From: Candidatus Gottesmanbacteria bacterium GW2011_GWA2_43_14
GTDB taxonomy: Bacteria > Patescibacteriota > Microgenomatia > 2-02-FULL-39-11
Assembly: GCA_000999095.1 (NCBI GenBank)
Contig: LCFP01000001.1
Location: forward strand, 205,680 to 269,679
Direction: 5' to 3'
DNA length: 64,000 nucleotides
The notes beneath the pieces are model-generated. The model was not told where the DNA came from. It ran no database searches and was given only the letters and a program-made list of their open reading frames with translations. The translations under genes and the position numbers were made by a program. Shown piece by piece: positions 36,551-48,000 of the stretch (its first letter is position 1; every line of letters begins with the position of its first letter).

Positions 36551-37746
36551 CTTATAAGTTGTCGGTAGACTTTAACTATTTTTTCAGCCTGCTTATCCCA
36601 GCAGTATTTATGACTTTCAGTATAGGCATTTTTTCCCAGTGATTCCATTTTTTGCGGGTTGTGCAAAAGTTCCCATATTTTTTTTGCCAGGTCCTGCGCA
36701 TCCTGGCTTTTGAAAAATATTCCGGTATCTCCATCCTCAATTAAATGTTTTAAACCACCGCTTCCTGAAGCGATAATCGCTGCGCCGCCCGACATGGCTT
36801 CCAATACAACCAGCCCGAATGACTCATAGACCGAAGGCAAAACGACCAAATCCGCAGCCGAATAATACCCCGGCAATCTATTATGGGCTTTACTGCCGAG
36901 AAATTTGATACAACAGCTTAAATTTCTTCCGGCAATATTCCGAACAATTTTTTTGACTTCAGGATTTTGCCAAAATAAACGGCTTTTAATATCACCACCG
37001 ATCAAAAGAACCTGAACCGTCTTCTCAAATTCCGGGTGCTTGTCTGTTAAATTGCCGACAGCATCTATCAATAAATTTATACCCTTAACCGGATCTATCC
37101 TGCCTACGAATAAAATAATTTTTTTAGTTTTGGGCAAATTCAACTTTTCCCTGCTCTTATTTTTGTCCAGCGGCCGGAACAGGTGATGATCGACTCCGGG
37201 TGACACCACATGCACTTTTCCCGGTTTTGTCTGATAATACCTTACTAACTCATCTTTCTCAAGTTCAGTTGAGGCTATTAAAGCCGATGCTTTTGCGGCT
37301 ATGTTTTTTTCCGCTTTAATCCGAAATGAATCGTCAATCCCGGCATACTTTTTTTTCATTTCCCCTAAAGTATGAAAAGTCATGGCCATTGGCTTGTCTG
37401 ACGCTGACTCCAAAAAGCTCAAACCGGAGAAAAAATAATGGGCGTGAAAAATATCATATTCCCATGAATTTTCCTTTATGAATTTGAGCAGGTTTTTACC
37501 GAACTGCCGGCTCTTTATATAATCATTTCCATACCCGCTGTCCAAATGTATCAAACGCACATTATGAACCAACTGATTTATCCGTTTTTCATGGCTTTGA
37601 TGTGTTTTAGTGAATATATCCACCCGGTGTCCCAACTTTCCCAGTTCCCGGGCTAAATTAAGAGTATAAACATTCATCCCGCCGGAAGACAAAACGCCCA
37701 AGCGGGACCGCGGACATGACCAATAGGAAATAAAGGCTATTTGCAC
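36547..37746 (-). CDS. GT4-family glycosyltransferase, MshA-like
   Basis: ISYWSCP...GGMNVYTLNLARELGKLGHRVDIFTK matches the N-terminal MshA-like signature. C-terminal E-x7-E region (LVVLEAMSGGAAIIAS). Confidence 0.8.
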   Translation of the reverse strand: MQIAFISYWSCPRSRLGVLSSGGMNVYTLNLARELGKLGHRVDIFTKTHQSHEKRINQLVHNVRLIHLDSGYGNDYIKSRQFGKNLLKFIKENSWEYDIFHAHYFFSGLSFLESASDKPMAMTFHTLGEMKKKYAGIDDSFRIKAEKNIAAKASALIASTELEKDELVRYYQTKPGKVHVVSPGVDHHLFRPLDKNKSREKLNLPKTKKIILFVGRIDPVKGINLLIDAVGNLTDKHPEFEKTVQVLLIGGDIKSRLFWQNPEVKKIVRNIAGRNLSCCIKFLGSKAHNRLPGYYSAADLVVLPSVYESFGLVVLEAMSGGAAIIASGSGGLKHLIEDGDTGIFFKSQDAQDLAKKIWELLHNPQKMESLGKNAYTESHKYCWDKQAEKIVKVYRQLIR

Positions 37747-37796
37747 GTCATTCTTAAAACTTATATGATCTGATAGTATCAGAATCGGCTCAACTT

Positions 37797-38504
37797 ATGA
37801 AACAGCTGAGTATAAAATTAAGCATTATTCTCCCCACATATAACGAAGCAGGAAATATTATTCCCCTGATTGAGAGCATCCGTAGTAATCTCCCCGGTAA
37901 ATCCTATGAAATAATCATTTCTGATGATGACAGTCCGGACGGTACGGGAAATCTGGCTGTTAAAACATACCATAACGAAAGAAACATTAAAGTTATCATC
38001 AGAAAGAAAGACAAAGGCTTGGCCTATGCCATTGCCGATGGTATTTCCAAAAGCCGCGGGGAATGGATAGCTGTTATGGACACCGATTTCAACCATGATC
38101 CCCAACTGTTGCCCCTGATGCTTTCTTTAACGGGCAAATATGACCTGGTTATCGGTTCCAGATATGTCAAAGGCGGCGGCATGGCTGATCCCCTACGGAA
38201 CCTTTTTAGTCTTTGGTATAACCGCCTTGTCCGTTTTGTTTTGCGGTTGCCTACAAATGACAACCTCTGCGGTTATTTTATGATCAGGCGGCGTATTCTG
38301 AAAGGATTGCCAAAGGATAAAATATTTTCCGGTTACGGCGATTATTTTATCAGGTTGCTGTTTTATTTGAAAAAGCAAAAAATAAGAATTATCGAAATTC
38401 CGGCTTTTTATCGGGAAAGGTTCAGCGGAAAAAGCAAATCCAGATTCCTGCCGATGCTTATAAATTATACACGAACCGTGGTCAGCCTGATGATAAACCG
38501 ATGA
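37797..38504 (+). CDS. GT2 polyprenyl-phosphate sugar synthase (dolichyl-phosphate mannose synthase / Ppm1-like)
   Basis: SIILPTYNEAGNI, ISDDDSPDGT, AVMDTDFNHDP (DxD). 235 aa without TM helices, i.e. DPM1-like. ATGA overlap with the downstream GT-C gene. Confidence 0.8.
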   Translation: MKQLSIKLSIILPTYNEAGNIIPLIESIRSNLPGKSYEIIISDDDSPDGTGNLAVKTYHNERNIKVIIRKKDKGLAYAIADGISKSRGEWIAVMDTDFNHDPQLLPLMLSLTGKYDLVIGSRYVKGGGMADPLRNLFSLWYNRLVRFVLRLPTNDNLCGYFMIRRRILKGLPKDKIFSGYGDYFIRLLFYLKKQKIRIIEIPAFYRERFSGKSKSRFLPMLINYTRTVVSLMINR

Positions 38505-40015
38505 CGAAAACTCAATCCCTTCTGGTTGCTGCCGCTTTTTTTATATATTTGCTGGCAAATGTATTTTTATTAAAAGATTACGGTGTAACCTGGGATTTTT
38601 CCTATCATTATAATGCCGGTTTATTCCATCTGGACAGGACAACTGAAACAGGTTTTAAAATTGGCCCGTCTCCCCCGTTGTCGGATATCCTGCCGGTTTT
38701 AAGCAAAATATTATTTTCCGACCGTCTACGTTGGTTGCCCTGGAACAGCGCTTATAATCTTTATTCTGTTGTACTGGGCAGTACCGGCATTCTGGTTTTA
38801 TTTTTCTTTGCCTCGTCTCTTTTTAATTGGCAAACCGGATTATTTTCCGCGATAATCCTGGCATTACTGCCCAGGTATTTCGGACACCTCCATAACAATA
38901 TGAAAGATATACCGCAGGCAGTTTTCTTTACCCTCTCGCTATACTGTTTCTGGGCTTTGGTCAATAAACCATCTTTTAAAAAACTGATATTTTCCGTGCT
39001 GGCATTTGCACTGGCTTTTAACAGTAAAGTAAATGCGGTTTTTATTCCTTTTATTGCAATTGCCTGGCTGCTGATCCGGATCTTCACCGGGAAAATCCGT
39101 TTAAAGAAGTTAAATTCTTACGTTCATCTTTATTTTTTTCTGGCTCCGCTATTTGCCTTTTTCCTCTGGTCAATTTTTTGGCCGGATCCCCTTGCGCGCC
39201 TGGCTGAAGCGACTCATTCCTACACTACTTCAACTACCAACATGCCGCTTCTCTATTTCGGATCAACCGTTTATTCGGGCAACAACGTCCCCTGGCATTA
39301 CCCATTAGGAATATTTCTGGCTACCACGCCTATTTTAATTATCCTTACCGCGCTTATCGGACTTATGCTGGTCGTAAGGATTATTTTTAAGAGCAAAGCA
39401 GCTCTGTTTACGGTTCTCTGGTTTTTTCTGCCGCTTTCCAGATATCTCAAACCGGGGATGGCTGTCATCGATGACGTCAGGCACTTCATGGAAGTGCTTT
39501 ATCCGCTGTCTTTGCTTGCGGGAATAGGAACACTGACGATCTTTAATCGCCTGCCGTTATTTTATAAACGGGCTGCTTATACTGTATTTTTCATCTATTT
39601 GTTAATTCCGGTAGTCACTTTCCATCCCCATCAAACCAGCTATTTCAGTGAAGCCGTAGGAGGAATTAACAGAGCACAGAATAAATTTGATATTGAATTC
39701 TGGGCTAACGCTTATAAACAGGCACTTCCCTGGCTGAATCAACATGCCCCCTTAAACAGTAAAATTACGGTTGCTATGGCTCCTGACATCGCCCGCCTTT
39801 ATTTGAGGCAGGACCTGAAAGACCGGTTAGGAACTGTCAATCTAGGCATCAGGGATGATTCAGTCTATACCACCTCTGATTACACCGTTATTTTAAACAG
39901 GCAATCCTTCTATAACTGGTATGCCGTAAACTCTTATATGTCGTCCCGGCAGCCGGTTTTTTCCCTGACTGTTCATAATGTTCCGCTCGTCCGGATATAC
40001 CAAAATAAGAAATAG
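38501..40015 (+). CDS. GT-C fold glycosyltransferase, PMT/ArnT (GT39/GT83)-like
   Basis: N-terminal loop motif DYGVTWDFSYHYNAGL, YFGHLHNNMKDIPQAVFF and about 11 TM helices. Translationally coupled to the DPM-synthase-like GT2. Confidence 0.65.
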   Translation: MTKTQSLLVAAAFFIYLLANVFLLKDYGVTWDFSYHYNAGLFHLDRTTETGFKIGPSPPLSDILPVLSKILFSDRLRWLPWNSAYNLYSVVLGSTGILVLFFFASSLFNWQTGLFSAIILALLPRYFGHLHNNMKDIPQAVFFTLSLYCFWALVNKPSFKKLIFSVLAFALAFNSKVNAVFIPFIAIAWLLIRIFTGKIRLKKLNSYVHLYFFLAPLFAFFLWSIFWPDPLARLAEATHSYTTSTTNMPLLYFGSTVYSGNNVPWHYPLGIFLATTPILIILTALIGLMLVVRIIFKSKAALFTVLWFFLPLSRYLKPGMAVIDDVRHFMEVLYPLSLLAGIGTLTIFNRLPLFYKRAAYTVFFIYLLIPVVTFHPHQTSYFSEAVGGINRAQNKFDIEFWANAYKQALPWLNQHAPLNSKITVAMAPDIARLYLRQDLKDRLGTVNLGIRDDSVYTTSDYTVILNRQSFYNWYAVNSYMSSRQPVFSLTVHNVPLVRIYQNKK

Positions 40016-40022
40016 CATCTTT

Positions 40023-41555
40023 TTATTTGGCAAACACCCAGACTAAAGGTACTGCATATCTGGTAACACTGAAAAGTACTTTTTCTTTTTGGATTTTCTC
40101 ATTCTTGAAACTTTCAACGTTGTAAAATGGAAAAAATGAACGGCGGTTGAGAAGGACCGTATAATCGCTGTCGTTAATAGATCTTTTATTCAGATTTTCC
40201 AGAAGGTCCTCTCTCAGATATGTCGCCGCCGTACTTTGAGCCATGACAACATGGATAAATGATCCGCGGGGGGCAATTCCATTCAGCCAGAGAACCGCTT
40301 CCTTTTGGGGAGTACCCCAGAAATCGATGTCGTACTTATCCTGTGCCCCGGAAATTCCAGCGGTTAAAAAATTAAAATAACTGGCCTGGTATGGATGAAA
40401 AACTATTAATATCAAAACAGAATAAAAAGCGGCCGATAAAAACAGAATTGTGACCGGATATTTCTGCCTGATTTTTTTTGTCATGATTCTGTAAACCGCT
40501 GCACCGCCGATTGCTGCAAATGAACCCAGCGGAAAAAGAACTTCCATAAAATGCCTGACACCGTCGATGGCCGCAGCAGTAGGACTGAGGTATCTTATTA
40601 AAGGCACAAAAAACCAGAATATAAAAAGCGAGAATTCACGCTTTCCTTTTAATATATTTCTGGTACAGACAAAAACTCCGATTAAAGACAGGATGATAAT
40701 GGGAGGAGGTGTTGATATCAATAAATACCAGTAAGGGTAATAAATCGGGATGTTGAATCCGGATTGGTAAAAGTTGCCGTTAAGAAGAACGGACATGCCC
40801 AAAGTATTACCGGAGTAAAATGATGGCATCTGCAACAGTTTTGCCAACGGATCCTGCCAAAAAGGCCACCACAACAAAAGCGTTGCCGGAACAACCAATA
40901 GGAAATATTTGAAGATGTGCCGATTGTTTTTATTACCGAACGTCAAATAATAAAGGAAACACACCACAGGTACAAAAACGGAGTTTATTTTGAAATTAAA
41001 AGCAATGGCAGCAGCAACCAAAGCCAGGGCAAGCGATAGCCGACTGGAATTCCGAGTAAATCGGTAAAAGAGGTACACTGCCAGGGCAAACATGACTGCG
41101 TTAGGAATATCCTTCATATTATTGTGCAGATAGGCAAAATATGGCGGCATAAGTCCCAAACTTATGGTACCTATTACAGCTTCCAGAAAGCCGAATATTT
41201 CTAACAGAAAAAAATAGAGAATCAAAAGGCCCAAACTGCCGAAGAAAACCATCGGCAGATTATAGGAAACATCCATTGGTAGTAGATTCCAGTTATTATA
41301 AAAAATTGTCTGGGAGAGTGCCGGAATAATTTGAGTAAAAGGTCCGAACGGGTCATTTACTGTCAGTCTGGGATCGGGATCGGAAAAAGGGATTTTCGTA
41401 TTCTCGGCAGGCAATGGCAGACCCAAATGGTAGAGGCCGGCATAATAGTGGTTATGATAATCCCAGGACAATCCGTAGTCAGGCAGTATGATCAGATTGA
41501 TTAGAAGGTAAAAAAGAAAGATTATAAGGCCGGTTAATTTATGGCTTAATTTCAT
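40023..41555 (-). CDS. GT-C fold glycosyltransferase, paralog of 38501..40015
   Basis: Same motifs: DYGLSWDYHNHYYAGLYHL, YFAYLHNNMKDIPNAVMF. Confidence 0.65.
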   Translation of the reverse strand: MKLSHKLTGLIIFLFYLLINLIILPDYGLSWDYHNHYYAGLYHLGLPLPAENTKIPFSDPDPRLTVNDPFGPFTQIIPALSQTIFYNNWNLLPMDVSYNLPMVFFGSLGLLILYFFLLEIFGFLEAVIGTISLGLMPPYFAYLHNNMKDIPNAVMFALAVYLFYRFTRNSSRLSLALALVAAAIAFNFKINSVFVPVVCFLYYLTFGNKNNRHIFKYFLLVVPATLLLWWPFWQDPLAKLLQMPSFYSGNTLGMSVLLNGNFYQSGFNIPIYYPYWYLLISTPPPIIILSLIGVFVCTRNILKGKREFSLFIFWFFVPLIRYLSPTAAAIDGVRHFMEVLFPLGSFAAIGGAAVYRIMTKKIRQKYPVTILFLSAAFYSVLILIVFHPYQASYFNFLTAGISGAQDKYDIDFWGTPQKEAVLWLNGIAPRGSFIHVVMAQSTAATYLREDLLENLNKRSINDSDYTVLLNRRSFFPFYNVESFKNEKIQKEKVLFSVTRYAVPLVWVFAK

Positions 41556-43650
41556 GCTTAATATTCATTACAACAACCAGAACTATAAATGATATTAATG
41601 AAATGACACCAGCATATAAATAAATTATTGGGTGATAAATATACTCAATTTGATGGAATCCAGCGGGTAAAAATATTGTTCTGAATGCAAGATTTGACCT
41701 TATGACACGCGTAGTTTTACCGTCAATTTTTGCCGACCAGCCCGGATAGTAAACTTCACTGGAGGAAAGCCAGACAGGACAGTCAAAATCAGACGTTAAT
41801 CTAATCCTGTTCGGGAGGTATTCCAGGAGATTGACTTTTCCGGTAGTAGAACAGTCACCGGCAGTTTTATCGCCTCCTGCTGATCCTTCGAGAACAACAG
41901 ACGAAATCAGGTCTGCTTCCCGGTCTGAAATAAGCCGGGCAGCCTTGTCATCATTATCAGTCCAAATGATCTGGCTAACCGGAAAAAATCTGGGGAGGGA
42001 GTTCGAATTGCCGTATATGGCGTAATCCGCCGAAGAATTCACCAGACTGAAATTATTTTTCTTAATTTGTGTACTTTCCAGTAGGATCCTCTTGACGCCA
42101 AGAAAATTCATCATGGCCGGATCAGCGGAAAGAGGAGGAATTTCCACGTTATACCAGAGAATGGAACTGCCCGGATTTTTATTGGCGCTATCTGCAAAAC
42201 GGTGGTAATTTTTCAGGATGACCGGATCGTATCCCGAGGTACTGTAAATTTTATGCATCATGGGAGCGTTCATGTCGATTTTTTGCAGAAGCGGTGAGAC
42301 TACCCTGAAACCGGGCATAAACCGGCCAGTTTTTTCACCGGTCTTAATGTCAGTCAAAAGCTTTGTATCGGCAGCCGGCAAATTGGTCAGAAAAACAAAT
42401 GGACGGCTGAATAAAATCAGCTCCCCTATCATCAAAAAACCTATAATCAATTTAAAATTAGTGTATTTTATTTTGGATAAAACAATGCCGGTCAAAACCG
42501 GTACGAATACTACCGGGATAATCAGATTCTGGATGGGAATGCGGATAAAACGGTAGAAAGGCAAAAACGTATAGAGAAAATAATGAAGGTTAAAAGGCGC
42601 GTTCGGCCCTAGGGCTATCCACAGAAAAAAAAGGGAAATGCCGGTAAACAGCCAAAAATGAGGGTGCACGGCCTTTCCCTTTTTATTGCCCAATTTCCGC
42701 CACAAAAATACAGCTGAAAAAAACCCAACTGAAATTAAAGGCAGACTGCCTGTAAAATGATCAAAAGGATTAACTTTAGGCCCCCCGCCTAAATTGAAAG
42801 TAATCCTGTCCAGACTTGTCCGGTTAAAAGGAGTGAAGAAAAGATCCAACGAGGAAATGGACAGGGAGCCCCAGGAAGCCAAATCATAAGGAAAACCGCC
42901 TGCCCTGATAGACTGCCCGGTTAGCTGCCAGGTCGGCAGCCACTGGACAGCCGTCAAAGCCAAAGCAGTCAGGTATACACCCGCCGTAATTAAAAAGGGG
43001 CGTAGGGATTTTTGTGTATACGCAAAATAAGCCGCGAAAAACCCTGCCGTCACAGCGCTGAAAACCAAATAGGCGTTGTAACCGGCCAGAATTAGAAGAG
43101 ACAATACCGTTACAGCCGTTATAAATCTTTTTTTTGTGAATCCTTTTTCCAAAAGGGAAATAAGTGCCAGAAAAATCCAGGGAAGCCAGATGCTGGTTGT
43201 CAGCAAATCGATGTGCCCGGCATAAATTCTGGCGCTATAATAACCGCTGAAAGCAAAGACAGCTGCCGCAACGGCTGAGGAAATGGGATCTGCATAGCGT
43301 CCGGCCAAACGGTACATGCCGGCAAAGGCGATCAAAAGATGGATGGCGATTACCAGTGAGAAAGAAATATTCAGCGGAAACAACAGATAAATGAAAGTAG
43401 CCGGATAAAAAAAAGCGGTAGAGGGATGTGCCAGGAAGGGCGTTCCGGAAAATAGATAGGGGTTCCAAAAAGGGACAAAACCTGAAAGCAATGAGTCTTT
43501 TAAAAAGCCTTTCCAGTAATAAAATTGGGACAAAAGGTCTCCGCCATAGATTATCTTTCCGCTTCCGGGAATGAGCGTTTTACCGAAAAAAATGACCGCC
43601 AGTAATGCGAACAACATTAGAGGAAAAATAAACCCGCTGGTCTTTTTCAT
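41539..43650 (-). CDS. YfhO-family-like polytopic membrane protein (GT-C-type glycosyltransferase)
   Basis: GGDLLSQFYYWKGFL...FVPFWNPYLFSGTPFLA N-terminal motif. About 13 TM helices plus a large C-terminal extracytoplasmic domain. Confidence 0.55.
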   Translation of the reverse strand: MKKTSGFIFPLMLFALLAVIFFGKTLIPGSGKIIYGGDLLSQFYYWKGFLKDSLLSGFVPFWNPYLFSGTPFLAHPSTAFFYPATFIYLLFPLNISFSLVIAIHLLIAFAGMYRLAGRYADPISSAVAAAVFAFSGYYSARIYAGHIDLLTTSIWLPWIFLALISLLEKGFTKKRFITAVTVLSLLILAGYNAYLVFSAVTAGFFAAYFAYTQKSLRPFLITAGVYLTALALTAVQWLPTWQLTGQSIRAGGFPYDLASWGSLSISSLDLFFTPFNRTSLDRITFNLGGGPKVNPFDHFTGSLPLISVGFFSAVFLWRKLGNKKGKAVHPHFWLFTGISLFFLWIALGPNAPFNLHYFLYTFLPFYRFIRIPIQNLIIPVVFVPVLTGIVLSKIKYTNFKLIIGFLMIGELILFSRPFVFLTNLPAADTKLLTDIKTGEKTGRFMPGFRVVSPLLQKIDMNAPMMHKIYSTSGYDPVILKNYHRFADSANKNPGSSILWYNVEIPPLSADPAMMNFLGVKRILLESTQIKKNNFSLVNSSADYAIYGNSNSLPRFFPVSQIIWTDNDDKAARLISDREADLISSVVLEGSAGGDKTAGDCSTTGKVNLLEYLPNRIRLTSDFDCPVWLSSSEVYYPGWSAKIDGKTTRVIRSNLAFRTIFLPAGFHQIEYIYHPIIYLYAGVISLISFIVLVVVMNIKHEIKP

Positions 43651-45014
43651 TGACGGTTCAATTCATTAATGATATTTTCCGCTTCGGTATGCAGCTCTTT
43701 ATCGGCCTGGACGAATTTTTCCTCATCCGCGGACAACCACTGGTTTTGGGAGAGTCGGCTGTAAATTTTCCCGGCGTTGGAAAGGCGCTGTGCCAAAAGA
43801 TCGAGTAGCCTTTCCAGTTTTTCCCGGTTTACATTTTCCGCGGTCCTCAAATTTTCCCAGGAAGGAATGATTGATGTCAGGTTTTCCACCAGTTTTTTCC
43901 AGCTGGCTACATCATCCGGATCGTATTCGGGATCCTGGTAACCTCCCAGATGGATGACGATTACCTGCGTCGGACAACCATTTATTTCATCGATTACCGC
44001 TGCCGCACCGATATCCTGGTATTCGGTTGAGTATAAAATTTCAGAAGAATCGGGAAATTCCCGGAAATTTTCCATCAGCTCTTCACTCTCATAAAATCCG
44101 CGGGTAAAGAGCTCTCCGAAGATGATATTCTTATAGTCTGATTCGCGGATGGAACGGGAAAGGTCAACCCCGCTTCTGGTTGCTTCCGTTGAAAAATCAT
44201 CAGTTTTTAATATGCTTAAACCGCGGATCCTGGCAGAATGCACCAGCTTCCCGTCATTTGCCAGAGCTTTTAATTTCTTCGATTGCCGGACCTCATTTAA
44301 GGCTTCCACAAAATCAGACTCATTCAAAGTCGGTGAGTGGGCATACTCTCCGTCGGCTGATATGTCACGCCAGTTGTTCCGGTATTTATCCTGTTCTGAA
44401 AGCGGCAGGACATGATGGACATCATTTATCGCCACAAAACCCAGATCATGCCGCGAATCCAGGCTGGCCTTGCGGTTGTCGCCCATGACGAAAATATAAT
44501 TTGCCGGAACTTTGACGGTATTACAATCGGACAGAAAAGCACCCCCGTAAGTGCTGCGCGGTTTGGCTGTATACGGTTCCTCCGCTTTCTCTCCGGACAG
44601 ATAGACATAACCGTCCCGAAGCTCAATTTCGTCACCCGGCAAAGCGACAATCCTTTTGACGAAGCCTGTCGCCTCCCGGTATTTATCCCTGGTGATTTTA
44701 CGGGTCATTTCGTTTTCAAATTCTACGATGTCGCCGCGGCCGAGTTTGTAGCTAAAAAAACTCTGTCCGAAGATCTTTAAACCGGCCGGATATTTTTTCA
44801 TTCTCGGTGTCGCTACGGTTTGCCGGGATGCATCCTCATCCGATACTCCCGTGCTTTTGGGAAAAGTCGGATACATGGAGCCTGTTCCGGAAATGGCAAT
44901 TTCCTCCGACAACATTCCCAAATTAAAAGCGGCAGTCCTGAGTTGCGACGGCAAACCCAAACCCGCTATTACAGCAACTGCTGTCAGAATAATTAAGAGG
45001 GCAAACTTCCTCAT
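43647..45014 (-). CDS. lepB: signal peptidase I with about 250-aa C-terminal extension
   Basis: SGSMYPTF (box B Ser), GDIVEF, VKRIVALPGDEIELRDGYVYLSG (box D, Lys), GDNRKASLDSR (box E). The extension after residue ~200 has no match. Confidence 0.85.
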   Translation of the reverse strand: MRKFALLIILTAVAVIAGLGLPSQLRTAAFNLGMLSEEIAISGTGSMYPTFPKSTGVSDEDASRQTVATPRMKKYPAGLKIFGQSFFSYKLGRGDIVEFENEMTRKITRDKYREATGFVKRIVALPGDEIELRDGYVYLSGEKAEEPYTAKPRSTYGGAFLSDCNTVKVPANYIFVMGDNRKASLDSRHDLGFVAINDVHHVLPLSEQDKYRNNWRDISADGEYAHSPTLNESDFVEALNEVRQSKKLKALANDGKLVHSARIRGLSILKTDDFSTEATRSGVDLSRSIRESDYKNIIFGELFTRGFYESEELMENFREFPDSSEILYSTEYQDIGAAAVIDEINGCPTQVIVIHLGGYQDPEYDPDDVASWKKLVENLTSIIPSWENLRTAENVNREKLERLLDLLAQRLSNAGKIYSRLSQNQWLSADEEKFVQADKELHTEAENIINELNRQ

Positions 45015-45040
45015 TTATTAAGATGAGTATAGTTCAATTA

Positions 45041-48000
45041 TTACCGTTTGTGTACAGATGATTCTCTGCGGTTTTTCAGATAATATAAAAGAAAAATAAG
45101 CGGCAATACCAACCAAAGATACATTCCTACCTTTTCCAAGTTTTGCGGCCTGTATAAAATTTCAAGTTTTCCGCCGTCAAAATCCCTGCCGTCTATTTCC
45201 CAGCCGTTCTCCCAATTATTGACTTTAAGATGCCGGCCGACTTCCTTTTTACCGTTTTGATCTCTAGCATACAACTTCCAACCATCATCAAAGCTTTGGG
45301 CAAGAATTAAGGTGAATGTATCGTCCGGAATTTCATTAAATTCAATTAAATACTTATCCGGGTGCGGATGGACAACAGTTATATCATTAAGTGGAATTGT
45401 CGTACGCTTTTGCCCTGGTTTGACCAGTTTTAATTCTGAAAGAAAATTATATGGTATGGGATTTACTGTAATTCTGCCGATATCATTTGCCGTCTCCTGT
45501 CTCCCTATGGAAATATTTCTGATATTGAAAAGATATCCTAAAGCATAATTTTCCATCGGAGGAATTATCAGATAGGAAACATCAAAATCCGAAGGAATCA
45601 GCTTATCCTTACGAGGTAGCATTACCTCCAAATCGGATCTTTTGGAATTATTATTAATAATCCCGAAATATAGACTCTTGCCGCTGATATTTCTGCTTTC
45701 GACCCGGACTAAATAACCCAATTGATGCGAGAGCCTGTCGGTTTCATAATTCAGACAATAAATTCCGTCCCGGCTGGTCATTCTTAAAAACGGCTTATCG
45801 AACTCAATTATTCTTTCATATATATTCAGCTCTGGGTCCGGTTTTTCGCAGGTAAAAGGATTGACCGATGAAATCGAATCGGTTAAATAACTGTCAAAAC
45901 TGTAATAGCCTTTTATTTTCGGTATTTTTACTTCCAAAATTCCCCGCTCAAAATCAGGCAATACAATTCCATTATTGAAATCCTTGTCTCCGACAGAGGC
46001 TAATATTTGACTGTCCAGGTAAATATCAGAATTTTTTGCGGTTGTTTTTGACAGATCACGGCTGTCAATTTCCAGAAAGTCCGATGCATCCGTTGGAGGT
46101 ATCCTCAGCTCCTGGTTTCTGAATTCGCCCGGTATGACAGATGTGAAAATATAATCCTCTTCAGTCTCCGTAATGGTAAATTCATGACGGACGTTGGATG
46201 TATCGGAAAATAGTGACCTGAAAGGATAATGAATCCTGTCAGCATCAATCCTTTTTCCGTCATCACTTTTATAATCACCCGATTCCAGATAAGCCATATC
46301 AAGATTGCCTGAAATATAATCCGGCGATACCCCCGGCAAAATGTCCGTCAAACGGATGTTTTCTTCAGTTGTCTCAACCCGGTATAAGGATATGCGGCCG
46401 AAAGTCCTGTCCTTCCTGATTATTGCCGATGAGGAAATAAGAGTCTGCAGGCGGTCTCTATATAATTCACGTGAATTGGAAAAACTGATGACATTGCCAT
46501 CAAATAATACCCATTTGATCTTGTATTTTTGCAAAGTTTGTTCAAATAAGTATAGATTTCTCGAATATATGGCATAAGAAATCTCATGAAAATAATTCTC
46601 ATCTTCCCTGCTCCAGACATCGAACGCCCTGTCCATCACAGGCTGCTCTAATCCGTACCAGATAAAACCGGACCCTGAGTAATTGAAACGGTAAAAGGTC
46701 CATCCCCAAAAAGTATATTGCGGGAAATTGGCAATTCTGTCAGTAGAGGGCACTTTTTTGAAATAATTAAAAAGATCAAAATATTCGCGGGGAATCTCAG
46801 CCCGTACTTTGTAATAAAAAAGCCTTCCCGAAAATACCGGCAGGCAATAAAAAACCGGCAGGAAAATCAGGAGGATCATCAATAAATTTATTTTGCGGAA
46901 GGGCAGTACTTTTTCAGACAGCCACAGACTTCCTATGCCGTAAAAAACAGCCAGTCCTGTTATATGCAGGATGGATAATTTAGTAAAAGGAAATCTGAAT
47001 ACCTGGGAAAAAAGCGGAATTTTGTTAAAGATGCCTGCCAGATAACTGAAAAAAGGGGCATCATTTGCCAGAATGGAAAAGCTGAAGACGACAAGAGGCA
47101 AAAGCAGTCGGCTTTTGCCTTTCTTCTCGCTATAGGCATAATAACAACCAATTATAGCCAAAAGGGGGAATATAAAACCTACCGTCTGCAATCGCGGATC
47201 TTTAAGATAATCTAACCAGTCCTGCAACTGGTACTCAAGTCCGCCGGAAGTATTTATTTCGGTATTGTCGAACCAAAATCCTCTCAGAAGCAGGACGTTT
47301 TCCAAATCGCCGAACTTCTTATTTCTGAGAAACATATCCTCTGTCGACATGCGGTTTATTTTGGCTTGTGTATTGACTTCGATTTTCCTGACAATGAAAT
47401 AAATATTAGGCAAAAGCCAAAAAGCGTTGACAATAAAAACCGTCAGAAATAAAACGATGATTCTGCGCAAATATTTCCGGTTAAAAAACTGGACGGCCAG
47501 TAATGACAGAGACAGACAATAAACCAGAAAAAATGTTCCTATGTAGCTTTGGGGAACCGCCAGAAAATTTATCAGGGCTACTCCCAAAAAATTCTTGAAG
47601 CCACCCTGCCGGAAAAAGCGGACAGTTGAATATAATAACCACGGTAAAAAAGCATAGTGGACTGAATAAGGTTCAAACGGTACATTAAACATTTGGACTG
47701 TGGCCAGATTGAACAAATAGTACAAAGCTCCTGCCAGTGCTCCCCATTTCCTCATGACATGACGGGACGGTATCAGGTAAAAAAGAAAATGATAAAGTCC
47801 CAAAGGACCTACGAAAAGCATCAGAAAATGGAAAAAATAACGGATAAACTGCACCGGAATAAAGGGGGAAATCAGGTAAAGAAAAATCTGTCTTATCAGA
47901 TCCGCGGCATGCCCCATCCCGCCCAGGAGACCCAATCCCTGGTATTCCTGCCAGACGGCAAATAATGAACGCTTCAGGTTTATGTCAAAACCGAACTCAG

